NCBI GenBank assembly: GCA_950097015.1
Contig: CATNEN010000005.1
Coordinates: 868,001 to 932,000 of the forward strand
From: Macrostomum hystrix
Lineage: Eukaryota; Animalia; Platyhelminthes
Direction of reading: 5' to 3'
Length of the DNA: 64,000 nucleotides
The translations under genes were made by a program, and so were the position numbers. The first letter of the stretch is position 1, and each line of letters opens with the position of its first letter. Shown here piece by piece: positions 1 through 13,083 of the stretch. Under the pieces are notes generated by a model. The model was given only the letters and a program-made list of their open reading frames with translations. It did not search any database and had not been told where the DNA came from.

Positions 1-340
1 ACACGAGAAAGAGGGAGGTTGTGGAACATGAGAAAGATGAAGACTGGGGAACATGAGAAAGATGAAGACTGGGGAACATGAGAAAGATGAAGACTGGGGA
101 ACATGAGAAAGATGAAGACTGGGGAACATGAGAAAGATGAAGACTGGGGAACATGAGAAAGATGAAGACTGGGGAACACGAGAAAGATGAAGACTGGGGA
201 ACATGAGAAAGATGAAGACTGGGGAACATGAGAAAGATGAAGACTGGGGAACACGAGAAAGATGAAGACTGGGGAACACGAGAAAGATGAAGACTGGGGA
301 ACATGAGAAAGATGAAGACTGGGGAACATGAGAAAGACGG
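1..340. repeat. Intronic minisatellite, ~25-bp unit GAGAAAGATGAAGACTGGGGAACAT
   Basis: Visible tandem copies directly upstream of the LOXHD1 acceptor at 378. Confidence 0.95.
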
Positions 341-378
341 AGAGTGATACAACATTGTGAAATCTTGAACCATTTCAG

Positions 379-3300
379 GTGTACCGTACGAGATCACCAC
401 GTACACCTCGGACAAGTCCGGCGCCGGGACAAGCGCCAATGTATTCATACAGATCTACGGAGCTGAGACTCAGACTGAGCAGTCTTTCCTCTGCCCCAAA
501 ACTGAGCGCTCCGGAAAATTCAAACGCGGTGGCGTCGACAAGTTTGTACTGGAGGTGAGCACATGCGCGTGTGTTCAATCAGAATTCTTCAGTGTTATAT
601 CCTCAGATTCTTCAGTGTTCTATCCTCAGATTCTTCAGTGTTCTATCCTCAGATTCTTCAGTGTTCTATCCTCAGATTCTTCAGTGTTCTATCCTCAGAT
701 TCTTTAGGGTTCTATCCTTAGATTCTTCAGGGTTCTATCCTCAGATTCTTCAGTATTCCATCCCCATATTATTCAGTATTCTATCCTCAGATTCTTCAGT
801 GTTCTATCCTCAGATTCTTCAGGGTTCTATCATCAGATTCTTCAGTGTTCTATCCTCAGATTCTTCAGGGTTCTATCCTCAGATTCTTCAGTGTTCTATC
901 TTCAGATTCTTCAGTGTTCTATTATCAGATTCTTCAGGGTTCTATCCTCAGATTCTTCAGTGTTCTATCCTCAGATTCTTCAGTATTCTATCCTCAGATT
1001 CTTCAGTATTCTATCCTCAGATTCTTCAGTGTTCTATCCTCAGATTTTTCAGGGTTCTATCCTCAGATTCTTCAGTGTTCTATCCTCAGATTCTTTAGGG
1101 TTCTATCCTTAGATTCTTCAGGGTTCTATCCTCAGATTCTTCAGTGTTCTATCCTTAGATTCTTCAGTGTTCTATTCTCAGATTCTTCAGGGTTCTATCC
1201 TCAGATTCTTCAGGGTTCTATTATCAGATTCTTCAGTGTTCTATCCTCAGATTCTTCAGTGTTCTATCCTCAGATTCTTCAGTGTTCTATCCTCAGATTT
1301 TTCAGGGTTCTATCCTCAGATTCTTCAGTGTTCTATCCTCAGATTCTTTAGGGTTCTATCCTTAGATTCTTCAGGGTTCTATCCTCAGATTCTTCAGGGT
1401 TCTATCCTCAGATTCTTCAGTGTTCTATCCTTAGATTCTTCAGTGTTCTATTCTCAGATTCTTCAGGGTTCTATTATCAGATTCTTCAGGGTTCTATCCT
1501 CAGATTCTTCAGTGTTCTATCCTCAGATTCTTTAGGGTTCTATCCTTAGATTCTTCAGGGTTCTATCCTCAGATTCTTCAGTGTTCTATCCTTAGATTCT
1601 TCAGTGTTCTATTCTCAGATTCTTCAGGGTTCTATCCTCAGATTCTTCAGGGTTCTATTATCAGATTCTTCAGGGTTCTATCCTCAGATTCTTCAGTATT
1701 CTATCCTCAGATTCTTCAGTGTTCTATCCTCAGATTCTTCAGTGTTCTATCCTCAGATTTTTCAGGGTTCTATCCTCATATTCTTCAGTGTTCTATCCTC
1801 AGATTCTTCAGGGTTCTATCCATGGATTCTTCAGGGTTCTATCCATAAATTCTTTAGGGTTCTATCCATAGATTCTTATCCATAGATCGAAATTTTTCTA
1901 TCTTGAATGACAACCAGGTTTTTTATTTTAGGAGAACGAGAAAATCGTTTTTGTTTGTTCAATAATTTTTGCCGGATCTAAAAGCAAATATTGAAGCGTT
2001 AAGCTTTGCAATTGCGTGATCCATTTCAATCAGTCGGACTGTTTGCTGTTAAGAAGGGTAGTAAAAGGTAAAAAAATTCTATTTTTCAAAGACAAGAATG
2101 AATGTTATAGATTTTTCTACCTATAACTACGAGCTACTCATCCTTTTATTTGAAAATGCAAAAACCCGGCCAATCTTCTATAAGTTCTCTTATCCTATAA
2201 TTGGCGCCATGTGTTGGCTTCCATATAAAATAGCAGTACTGTACGTGATGGATGGCCCTCTATTGAAAGAATATGTTGCAATGTCCATACACCAGGCCTA
2301 ACGGTAGTCATTAATTTTTAATCTGGGTTATCTTGAAGAAGGTCCCCGACAACAATTTCCTCTCCTGAAGCAAGATCAGCCAGTGGCAAAGTTTACCTTC
2401 TCTCTCAAGCTTTTCATGTGCCGCTGTTTTTTATCTAGCTGATCTACGCCTAGTTCGCGCTAAGTTAAATTTTAACGGATAGAATATCCGACTCGCTCAC
2501 TCACACAAAGGCAGGATCCATAGGGACCCAATGAATGCATTCATGTGATTTACCACTATATATTCTATGACAAGTAGTATGATAGACTTTTTATGTCCCT
2601 GAACACTCAAGAGGATAAAACACTGAAGAATCTGGGGATAGAACCGTGAAGAATCTGAGTATAGAACCCTGAAGAAACTGAGGATAGAATAGTGAAGAAT
2701 CGGAGAATAGAACCCTGAAGAATCTGAGGATAGAACCCTGAAGAATCTGAGGATAGAGCACTGAAGAACCTACGGATTGAACCCTGAAGAATCTGAGGAT
2801 AGAACCCTGAAGAATCTGAGGATAGAGCACTGAAGAATCTGAGGATAGAACCCTGAAGAATCTGGGGATAGAACCCTGAAGAATCTAAGGATAGAATACT
2901 GAAGAATCTGAGGATAGAACCCTGAAGAATCTGATAATAGAACCCTAAACAATCTGAGGATAGAACCCTAAAGAATCTGGGGATAGAACACTGAAGAATC
3001 TGAGGATAGAATACTGAAGAATCTGAGGATAGAATACTGAAGAATCTGTGGATAGAACACTGAAGAATCTGTGGTTAGAACCCTAAAGAATCTGAGGATA
3101 GAACACTGAAGAATCTGAGGATAGAACACTGAAGAATCTAAGGATAGAACCCTAAAGAATCTGAGGATAGAACCCTAAAGAATCTGAGGATAGAACCCTA
3201 AAGAATCTGAAGATAGAACACTGAAGAATCTGAGGATAGAGCACTGAAGAATCTGAGGATAGAACCCTGAAGAATCTAAGGATAGAACACTGAAGAATCT

Positions 3301-6300
3301 GAGGATAGAACCCTAAAGAATCTGAGGATAGAACACTGAAGAATCTGAGGATAGAACCCTAAAGAATCTGAGGATAGAACACTGAAGAATCTGAGGATAG
3401 AGCACTGAAGAATCTGAGGATAGAACCCTGAAGAATCTAAGGATAGAACCCTAAAGAATCTGAGGATAGAACACTGAAGAATCTAAGGATAGAACCCTAA
3501 AGAATCTGAGGATAGAACCCTAAAGAATCTGAGGATAGAACACTGAAGAATCTGGGGATTGAACACTGAAGAATCTGAGGATAGTAGCCTGAAGAATCTG
3601 GGGATAGAATACTGAACAGTTTGAAACAATTAAATGAAATTCTAATCAATGTTTCAGCTGGAAAACATCGAAGATCCGATTGAAAAGATTCGCATCGGAC
3701 ACGACGACGAAGGCATCGGGTCGGGGTGGCACCTGGACAAGGTGGAAATTCGTCGATTCACTGGCGGCAATGTAAGCTGATATAACTGTGCGGTGTTTTG
3801 CGGTACATTGAAAAACAACGATCAAAGTGCCTAATATACGAAAATGTATGGTAAATTTTAACCGGAGTGAAAACCTTTGAGTTCAGGAGTTCGAATCTTG
3901 GCCCAAAAAGTAGAAATTTTGGGTGTGTGTATTTGCTAGCCGTATCGCTAACTGTCTAGATGTAGTTCATCTTAATCTTAATGTAATTTGAACTGTCAAT
4001 TCTGTCGAGATATTCAATGTAAAGTTTTTTATACCTTAGTATCGTCGTCGAACGTCGTTAGTGCGAACGGCAGGGCGAACGTCGTCAGTAAAAACGCATT
4101 GTTTAAGAAAAAAAGCTAGTTTAAAAGTGAAAACTGAAATGATTTGAGATTGTATAATAATACTTCATTATATAGAAACGATTGCATGCATTCTCCTTTT
4201 AAAGAAAGCATTACGCATGTTACCTGCCTGTGTGGCTTAACTGTTGTAAACTATAAACTATAAACTTTAATTGAATAATATAACTTTGTAAAATCCATCA
4301 AAAACCTTTTTTCTACTTTAAATTAGATCTTTCCTGTTACAGTGTTTAATTTGTTTCTTTAAAAAACTTTTGATCTGTTTTAGCGCGACTCCGCCATGGT
4401 AATTATAAACTTTCATTTAAACAAAATCTAGCTTTTTCCTTGATGATATAGCTCTCTCTCGTTCTATGTTATAAATGTTATACAGCTGACTGGTGCATAT
4501 TATAATACGTTAAGCAGTTTTGTTTTCTGAACACCAAATTTTCTAACATAGAGTGACATCAAATGAATATCATATGGTCAACTGCAATGTTATAATGTAA
4601 CAAGATAGTATGGTGCTAGTATTATCCCGACTTATTTAGTTATTCAATTTTGATTCGCAACTAACACTGGCATAATATGATGCTGAGCTGAGCAAATCTA
4701 ATAAATCTTCTAAACTTATTTCATAAAATGTTATTCCTTAGTTCTTTTAGTTTTTTTCTTGACAGCTTCAGTACTGTATTGTACTCGTATTGGTTTATAA
4801 AACTGCATGAAAATTATGGTATTTAATCATTATTTTTGCTGAAAACGACGAATATTTTTGTATCTTCAACCAAAAAACTTCTTGGTTCTGTTTGACAACA
4901 ATACGTACTTGATTGAAGTTGAAGCACATTGCTAGCAAGTTATAGTAGAGTTACTAAATATTGTTAGAATGAACCACTGAAAACTTCGTCAATATGAAAT
5001 TCACACCCAAAAATCGCAGAGCTCCATCACATACGTGTTTCCCTGCAACCGGTGGCTAGCTAGGGACGAAGAGGATCGTGAAATCGTTCGCGAACTAGTA
5101 CCACAGAAGGTCATCGAAGAGGACGACAGAATGGGCGGCAAAGGCAAGGCTCGGGAGAAGGAACTCAAAGGCGGCCTAAAGACGAAGTCCTACAAGGTGC
5201 ATGTTTTCACTGGCGACAAGATGGGCGCTGGCACCAACGCTGACGTGTTCCTAACTGTCTATGGCACAAAGGGAGACACTGGCGAGCGAGAGCTCATCAA
5301 ATCTGAAACCCACCTGGACAAGTTCGAGCGCGGCCAAGAGGACGTGTTCAACTGGGAGGCTGTGGATCTTGGCGAACTCTACAAGATCAAGATCAGGCAT
5401 AACGACAAGGGCATGTTCTCCAGCTGGTTTCTGGATCGCGTGGAAGTTGTTGACGCCAACTCCGGCGACAAGACAGTGTTCTTTGCCGAGCGCTGGCTCT
5501 CCAAGTCCAAGGACGACAAGAAGCTTCAGGTGGTAGTGTACGCTCAGGGCTACGAAGGCGACATGAACTCGTCTGTGTCGTCGCTGAGAAGCGCCGGCTC
5601 CGGTTTGACTGAACGCGACAAGAGTCCAAGGGGCTCCGTGCGCAGGGCCGCCTCACTCACTGAGGAAGTTCCAGAAGGACCCGGTGAGCACACAACGGAT
5701 TGAACAATTTTAAGGGCTTGAATTCAGTGAAAAGTGAAGTCAGCGGAGATTCAGTGAAGACAATATATAGCGTTAGACATTGGAGGAGAGAGTGTAGTGC
5801 GATTTAAGACTACGAGCTTAGATGCTAAAAATCCAACTAAGTTTTTTCAGCCTCTCCTGAGAGAAGACACAAAATCTGTTTTACCTGGAACCATTTTAGA
5901 CTGCTTACTAATTCGATGGTTTGCAATTGTCAACTAAACTGTCCCTTAACTTTTAAAAAATAGTTGGTGACTACACCATCAGCTTCACTACTGGTCGCAG
6001 CCGGGACATGGGCACCGATGGACCAATCTGGGTGCGTCTGCACGGCCGACAGCCGGACAAGAAGCAGCGTCGCCGAGGTGGCTCCTTCGGAGCGGCGGAA
6101 GATAGAGGCGCCGGCGTTAAGCGTCCAACTGGAGCGGGCGTCGGTGGCAGCAGCGGCAAGCGTCGACGCGGCAGTGACATTGTCACGACTGGACAGATAT
6201 TTTTGGAGTCGGAGACTGAAGCCAGTCAACGCTCCAGAGACAAAAAGATGCTTCTCGTTCCCGGAAGCACTGTAAAGTTCTCTTTCGAAGCACTAATGCT

Positions 6301-9240
6301 GAACGAAGTGACCAAACTCGAGATTGGAAATGAGGGCGTGACTCCAGGCAAAGGCTGGTACCTGGAGGAGTTCCGCCTCGAGTTGCCAACGCAGGGCAGG
6401 CGCTATATGCGCCGCTGCAAGTGTTGGTTTGCTCGCGATCGGGACGACAGCAAAACTGTGCGCGAATTCGAGTTTGACAACAGCGACACTGAGTCAGTGC
6501 AGTCCTACACTCCCAGTAAGTTGTGGGCGTACGAGCTACAATTCCTTAATGTTAAGATACTTTTCATTTGAACAAAGAAACCTAAGCGCCTGCTACCATC
6601 CCGTTAATTAGTGGTGCCCTACGAGGTGCTAATCGAGACTGCCAATCAAGCGGAGGCCGGCACGGATTGTCGAGTAGGCCTAACAGTGTACGGCCAGAAG
6701 GGCCAGTCTGAAACTGTCTACCTTGACAAGGAGGAGAAGCGGTTCGAACGCGGCAGGAAGGATCTAATCAAGGTGAAGAATGACCAAGCGCATCCAAATC
6801 TTTTTATCATTTTCGAGTGTCAAAAGAGAATTTTCGCAACAATCATCTAGATATTTTTACTGATTTATTAGAAATTGGCATGTGAAATCTACAATGTTTA
6901 AGTCAAATGGATTCACATTTAACCAGCCCGAAATTTTTAACCCCTTTAAACCAGTTGAACTTGGAAGACGTCGAGCCGATCTACAAGCTCCGTCTGAGTC
7001 ACGACGGCAAAGGTTCTCGTCGCGTATGGATAGTTGACCGCGTCACCATGACCAATCTGGACTCCAGCGAAGTTTTCACATTTGACTGCGGTCAGCCCAT
7101 CGGCAAAGACGGTAAATGCTTCGCCGATATGGCCGCCCGAGTCGGCGGCAAGGCCATGATCGCTCCAGTGAGCTACCGCATCAGCGTGAAGACCGGCGAC
7201 GAGCGGTTCTCCGGCACCAACGCCAACGTTTTCGTTCGCCTCTTCGGCGAATATGGCGATAGTGGCGACATTCGGCTGAATGATCTGGCCAAGGAAGGCA
7301 AGAAACCTTTCAAAGCAGGACAGACTGACTCCTTCGAGTTGGAACTGCTGGACCTGGGAGGTCTGTTCAGGTGCACAGTGTGGCATGACGATGAGGGCAT
7401 GGCGTCCGGATGGAAACTAGAGAACATCGTTGTGGAGGACAATAAAAGACGAAGGCGGTGAGTTCTGTAGTTAGTTCTTTACGGCGACAACCTTGTACTC
7501 AGTTTAGAGCTGTATAATAGTGTTGAGAAATTCTTGTTTTGACCTTATGTTCCTTTCTTTGTTAATAACCTAGCTTTAAACTGGCCTCGTCATACCCCCA
7601 ACTCCCACAGGTACGAGTTTCAGTGCGGCAAGTGGCTCTCACTCCGTGACTCGGGTCTGATCAAACGCGACCTCCTGTGCGACGCGCCGCCAGGAGAAGA
7701 CTTGACTCGCGATGTTGAGGACCCCAAACGCAAGGTCACTTACGAGATTACCGTGCAGACGGGTGATAAAAAGGACGCCGGAATGTTGCACGACGCTTTC
7801 CTATTCCTGGAGGGCGATCTGGATGTGATGACCAACGAATTCATAATGAGCAATACGAGCGACGGCGAGCGATTCGCTCGAGGCTCGAGTGACTCATTCA
7901 AGATGAAGCACAGGAATCTTGGCCGACTGCAGACCTTGAGGATTGGCGCGGTGGACAATGGCGCAGGCAAGGGTGTTCGCGGCAGTCGCGGTCGCAACAA
8001 AGACGCTCGCAACGATGGCGCATCTGACACGCGCAAGCAGCAGTGGAACGTCTTCAGTGTATCGGTGTTGGACACCGGAACTGGCACCCAGTACTACTTC
8101 CCGGTGGACAAATGGGTGCCGGTCGAGCACGACGTTCGGCGGAAGGGCGGCATTACAGCCGAGGTTGAAGACATCAAGGAGACCTCCACTAAAGCGCGAC
8201 TCGCGAAGAAGAGAGGTATGTTTGCCATGGTTTTAATAACTAATAAGTATTGGCTAGGGATACCGGATGAAAGTCTTAATTATATTGACCATATGCAGTC
8301 ACAAAGCAGGCCATTCTGCTCACTTCGCTGAACAAAAAGAAAATGTGTCATAGTGTCGAATGGACAGATGTGTTTTTCAGTCCATACTTTCTCATCGCAT
8401 GAAGCACGCATGCTTCAATTCATAAATGTAAATAAACTCCAAGCTCATGCACTTATTGAAACTGCAGATCTGAAAATCGTACGCTACGATGTCGAGGTGC
8501 ATACAGGCGAAGAGTTTGGCTGCGGCACCAACGCCAACGTGTCAATCAACTTGATAGGCGAGAACGGCGAGCTGGGAATGACGCCATTGAAGCAGAAGAA
8601 TCGGGACCTGTTCGAGCGGAAGCAAGTTGACCGGTTCCCCATCGAGTGCAGCGACCTCGGTGAGTTTGCCTCGACTGAAGAATCCTTGAAATCTCATCTA
8701 TTACCTATTAATTTATCTCAACAATAATGTACCTTGTAATATATCCCTTAATTTTTAAAGCTTCACAGCTAAAGAAATAACATTCAGCCTATGAATTATA
8801 AAGGCTTACAAAGAGGTTACAGGAACATATATCTTAGATGTGACTAGCCAGATAGCAGCTACCCTGAAGAGTGGCTAATTGAAATCATTTTATTACATCC
8901 ATGTGTGTATTGGTTTACTCATACAAAACCGCAGTACCGATTGATTAGTCTAGCAAAACTAATAAAATGCACAAAATGTGTGTCTCCACCAAAAGCATTG
9001 CCAGTTTAAAACTTTTCCACATTGAACGTCTTTGAAAACAAAAACTTAAATTCAGGTGAACTAAAGAAGCTTAGAATTGAGCACGACAACAAAGGCTTCC
9101 GTCCCGATTGGCTCCTAGCCAAGGTGATTGTCAGGGACTCGAGCAGCGGCAGGGTCTGGACCTTCAATTGCAACCAGTGGCTATCTACAAGTAAAGGCGA
9201 CATGCAGATCTTCAAAGAGTTGTACCCTTCACCAGCTTGA
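379..9240 (+). CDS. LOXHD1: Lipoxygenase homology (PLAT repeat) domain protein 1, 3' portion; the gene begins upstream of the window
   Basis: Exons 379-554, 3658-3771, 5020-5683, 5964-6515, 6612-6772, 6955-7457, 7611-8215, 8468-8659 and 9056-9240 have GT-AG boundaries and consistent phase. They encode serial PLAT repeats (YxVxVxTGDxxGAGTxAxVF, KIRIxHDN, WxLDxVxV, FxCxxWL) ending LYPSPA*. Confidence 0.92.
571..1885 (+). repeat. 23-bp minisatellite (CCTCAGATTCTTCAGTGTTCTAT), left arm of an intronic inverted pair
   Basis: Roughly 55 diverged copies. The 23-aa periodicity of the overlapping ORFs is a repeat artefact. Confidence 0.95.
2608..3617 (-). repeat. Same 23-bp minisatellite in reverse orientation, right arm
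   Basis: The unit ATAGAACACTGAAGAATCTGAGG is the reverse complement of the left-arm unit; roughly 44 copies. Confidence 0.95.
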
Positions 9241-10679
9241 GTTACTTGAGTCATTTAAAACTCCACATGCGGGCGCGGGTTTCTTGCAAATCGGAAAGAC
9301 TTTAAATTATCACTAATCAGGTTATAATTACTAGCTAGCTTGATCGATATATTAAACTTAATACATTCCACTTTAGTCTCCCCTCTAAACGTTTTCGAAT
9401 TATTGAAATTAAGATTTTTATTGCGTAACTCCAATATTCTACTTAACCTTGTTAACGTGTTATTCCGTTGCCACTACTCCAAGTAATATAAACTGTATAC
9501 TATCTTCTAGAAATTAATTTGAAAGTAGCCTTAATCGTCTTGTGTTCTTATCTTCGTACACTGTGATTTAACTGATTTTTCTTTTTTTTGTTTTTGTACA
9601 CGTGGTTTTGATGACTGTTTCTTCACATTTACAATTGCTATCATATTTTTATGCCTTCGATTTTGTGAGCGCACGAGATATTTATACTTGTACCTTCTGA
9701 CATATTATATATGTAGGACAAACCACAATGATCTTCTGAAATATTTTCTCTTTAAACAAAAAAAAATATTTTAACTGCGTAGCTAAAGAAAACAGCTTTT
9801 TGCCTTCACAATTTGATCTTTTTTAAGGTTGTCTCAATTATGAGACTTTTCTTCGATAACTTTTCCATGAAATTTTACCCAACTATAAAACTAGAAGCTG
9901 ACTGCTTTTTTAGATTTGTTATTTAAAATGGCGCGATTCAGTGCTACTGATAGTATAGTTGCAGCGCATAGAAGTATATAGTTAAAAAACCAGATACATC
10001 CGGAATGATCTGCTAAAACACAATTGTAATGTCTGAACTCAAGGTATATTTTAGTTTAGGCATTTTTATTTGCCTATCAAAGTCTTTGCTATATATATTC
10101 TTTTATAATTTTGCCCCATAAAGGATTAGTTACATTTTTTCTATGACAATCGGGCATGTAAAATAGTAGACTTAGTAAGAAATAATTATTATAGTTAGTC
10201 GTCATTGAAAAGATAGACGAAACATCAAGTAAAAAAGAAGGTCTACAATTTCAAAATTTATTCATGTATTTTGTGTGGGAGCAATTTACATTTATAAGTC
10301 CACAATGAATAAAGTCACTGTTTTTTACTGTCCTAGAAACGTTTTAAAGAGCACTTTAAAAATGGTGTATTGTTTCGTTTCTCTTAAAAATATATTGGAT
10401 CTATACTTAAAATTCGTCAACTATCGTGTACCGATCGATACACACCGTGTTACAATAAACTACTTAGTCTTCGGTCATCCAGGCAGGTTTTTATTGATTT
10501 TATTTATTGTATTGTATGCCATACTAAACAAGATTTTGAAGTTATATGTTTCATTTGAATTTGGTGCTAAAAAGGTATTTGCATAATACAGCAGTGAGCA
10601 AAACCTGATTGATATCGCCATTAACAGTGGAAGGACCGCGGAGAATAATTTAAATATCCAATTTAATTTATTTAGGCAG

Positions 10680-10870
10680 GATTTTTCTCTTTATAAAATT
10701 TTGTCATGAAACCATGTCGGCTCTTATTGTTGATTATATTGTCAATTTTTGTGTAACTGAATTAATCTGGATTAGCCATAGAGGTTTTTGCAAATCATTG
10801 TTTGTTTTTCTTGTCATCCGGGTCTTTGACAAAAATCGCTGATTAATGTCAAATCGCTAATTATCATAAT
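10680..10870 (+). mobile_element. Dispersed repeat fragment (SINE-like), related to 16050-16420
   Basis: Shares ATTTTTCT..AAAATTT..TCATG..CCATGTCGGCT and GGGTCTT(C/T)GACAA with the copy at 16270-16410. Confidence 0.5.
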
Positions 10871-11205
10871 CATAATCTATACGGTGAGGACCTTCGATAA
10901 ATTCGGTCATTCGGTTAATTGGGAGCTATTGTGAAGTATAGGCAGTGGGCATTTGAAATCCCCCCGTGGTTTTCCGTAGGAGAAAAATAGCTACCTGCTG
11001 GTCCTTCTACTGTTAAAGTACACGCAGAAGTAACACAATATTAGACTTCTATTTATATTACGGTTATTTCTTATTAACTACACATATATCAGGAGACTAT
11101 ACTACACAGCAACTAGATATCGAGAATGTCTATTTTGTTGATGTCAACAACATACGCAGTGTAACGGTGTCTATAGTGTCAGATTTGACGGATCTCACTG
11201 TTTAA

Positions 11206-12055
11206 TCATCGCTTTGAGAAGACAATCTTTGAGAACTCTGCAATTTTAAGCAGGGATTCGATAAAAATTTGTAGATTATTCTTGAATAAAAGAAAATATG
11301 ATTTCTTCACCAGAAATAATTCGTGTTACGAGCTTAGTAACGATTGGAAATAATATTTGAGCTTAGAATGCAATAGCGAGTACGTACATGATTAATGCAG
11401 CCAATAGAATTTCAACATAAAATATCTCACCATTAAAGTCAACGAATCCATCGCCGTTTCTATCAGCCTCTCTAATCATCTCTTCTATCTCCAAGTCGGT
11501 CAGCTCCTCGCCCAGGCTAGACATCACACGCTTCAGTTCCGAGCTGTCAATTAAGCCGTTGCCGTCTTTGTCAAACACCTGCACTCATTTTTGGTAGATT
11601 TGGTGGCCATGGTAGGAAGATAAATAACTGGGTAGAAATGCACATCAAATTTCAACTCACAACGAATGCCTTGCGCAGATGCCGCTCGTTCTTCATCAGC
11701 TCAGTCTCCAGCAGGTAGCGCTCGGTCATCATGGCGACAAATTCTTCGAAATCAATGCTACCATTGCCTGAAGATAATGTAATTAAGATAATGTAATTGA
11801 ACTTGATTGTACAACATAGACGCATGCGACATCACGTAATTATTCTTCCAATTTTAAGTATTTCTTGTCAAGAACTGCATGAACCAGTGCTAAATCTCCT
11901 CACCAACTCACCGTTGATGTCCACCTGACGTACCATCTCCTTCAGTTCAGCGGGGCTTGGATTCTGTCCAAGACTGCGCATCACTTCGCCAATCTCCTCA
12001 GTGCTGATGATTCCGTCACAGTTCTTGTCAAACAAAGTGAAGGACTCGCGAATTT
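11206..12055 (-). CDS. Calmodulin-like protein with four canonical EF-hands (core exons)
   Basis: Exons 12055-11912, 11767-11661, 11578-11431 and 11237-11206 are in phase. EF loops are [36 protein letters not shown] and [12 protein letters not shown]. Three phase-1 intron positions match those of calmodulin. The protein is too divergent to be CaM itself. Confidence 0.9.
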
Positions 12056-12091
12056 CTGCAGAGTTTCCAGGTGAGAATGAGGATCTCATTG

Positions 12092-12700
12092 ATCTGTCAG
12101 CTGTGACTGAAGGATCTTCCAGCTGTGACTGAAGAATCTGTCAGCTGTGACTGAAGGATCTTCCAGCTGTGACTGAAGAATCTGTCAGCTGTGACTGAAG
12201 GATCTTCCAGCTGTGACTGAAGAATCTGTCAGCTGTGACTGAAGGATCTTCCAGCTGTGACTGAAGGATCAGAGGATGTCAGCTGTGACTGAAGGATCCG
12301 TGAGCTGTGACTGAAGGATCAGAGGATGTCAGCTGTGACTGAAGGATCAGAGGATGTCAGCTGTGACTGAAGGATCCGTGAGCTGTGACTGAAGGATCAG
12401 AGGATGTCAGCAGTGACTGAAGGATCAAAGGATGTCAGCTGTGACTGAAGGATCAGTGAGCTGTGACTGAAGGATCAAAGGATGTCAGCAGTGACTGAAG
12501 GATCAGAGGATGTCAGCTGTGACTGAAGGATCAGAGGATGTCAGCTGTGACTGAAGGATCAAAGGATGTCAGCAGTGACTGAAGGATCAGAGGATGTCAG
12601 CTGTGACTGAAGGATCAGAGGATGTCAGCTGTGACTGGATCAGAGGATGTCAGCTGTGACTGAAGGATCAGTGGGTGTCAGTTGTGACTGACACTGAGGA
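12092..12700. repeat. Intronic ~28-bp minisatellite (CAGCTGTGACTGAAGGATCAGAGGATGT and variants)
   Basis: Visible tandem copies in the intron upstream of the 12055 exon. Confidence 0.95.
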
Positions 12701-13083
12701 TATAGTGAGGTCTAGTGATACCTAATAAATTACGCAATTATTTTGTATTCATGTAACGAACTAGTAAATCAACTTTACCAGCTAGCTGCTGATCAGTCAG
12801 TCCCTAAAATGAAAGAGAAATTTTTAAAACAATTCGTTTTGCGTAATTCAGTAGTGTGCTTTGAATATTATTTTTTTTTCTGAATATATCAGTACTACGA
12901 GTATATATCAGTACTCGTAGGATTGCGCTCGAATTATACATTCGCTTAGAATTTAAACAGCAGAAATCGTGTTTCCAACATTTTCCTATACTGTGTCCCA
13001 AATAACTGACGACATAATATTTATCTGGTCTTACATATGCTGAACCCTTGATCACATAAAGTCTGGTTGAAATGCGCATTTAC

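Noticed and set aside
1886-2607. Transposase or other coding region in the spacer between the inverted arrays
   Set aside because: Only a 67-aa ORF with no recognisable motif, so there is no support for an autonomous foldback element.
571-2952. ORFs 571, 845, 891, 1167, 1604, 2591 and 2770
   Set aside because: Translations of the 23-bp intronic array, open in several frames and on both strands.
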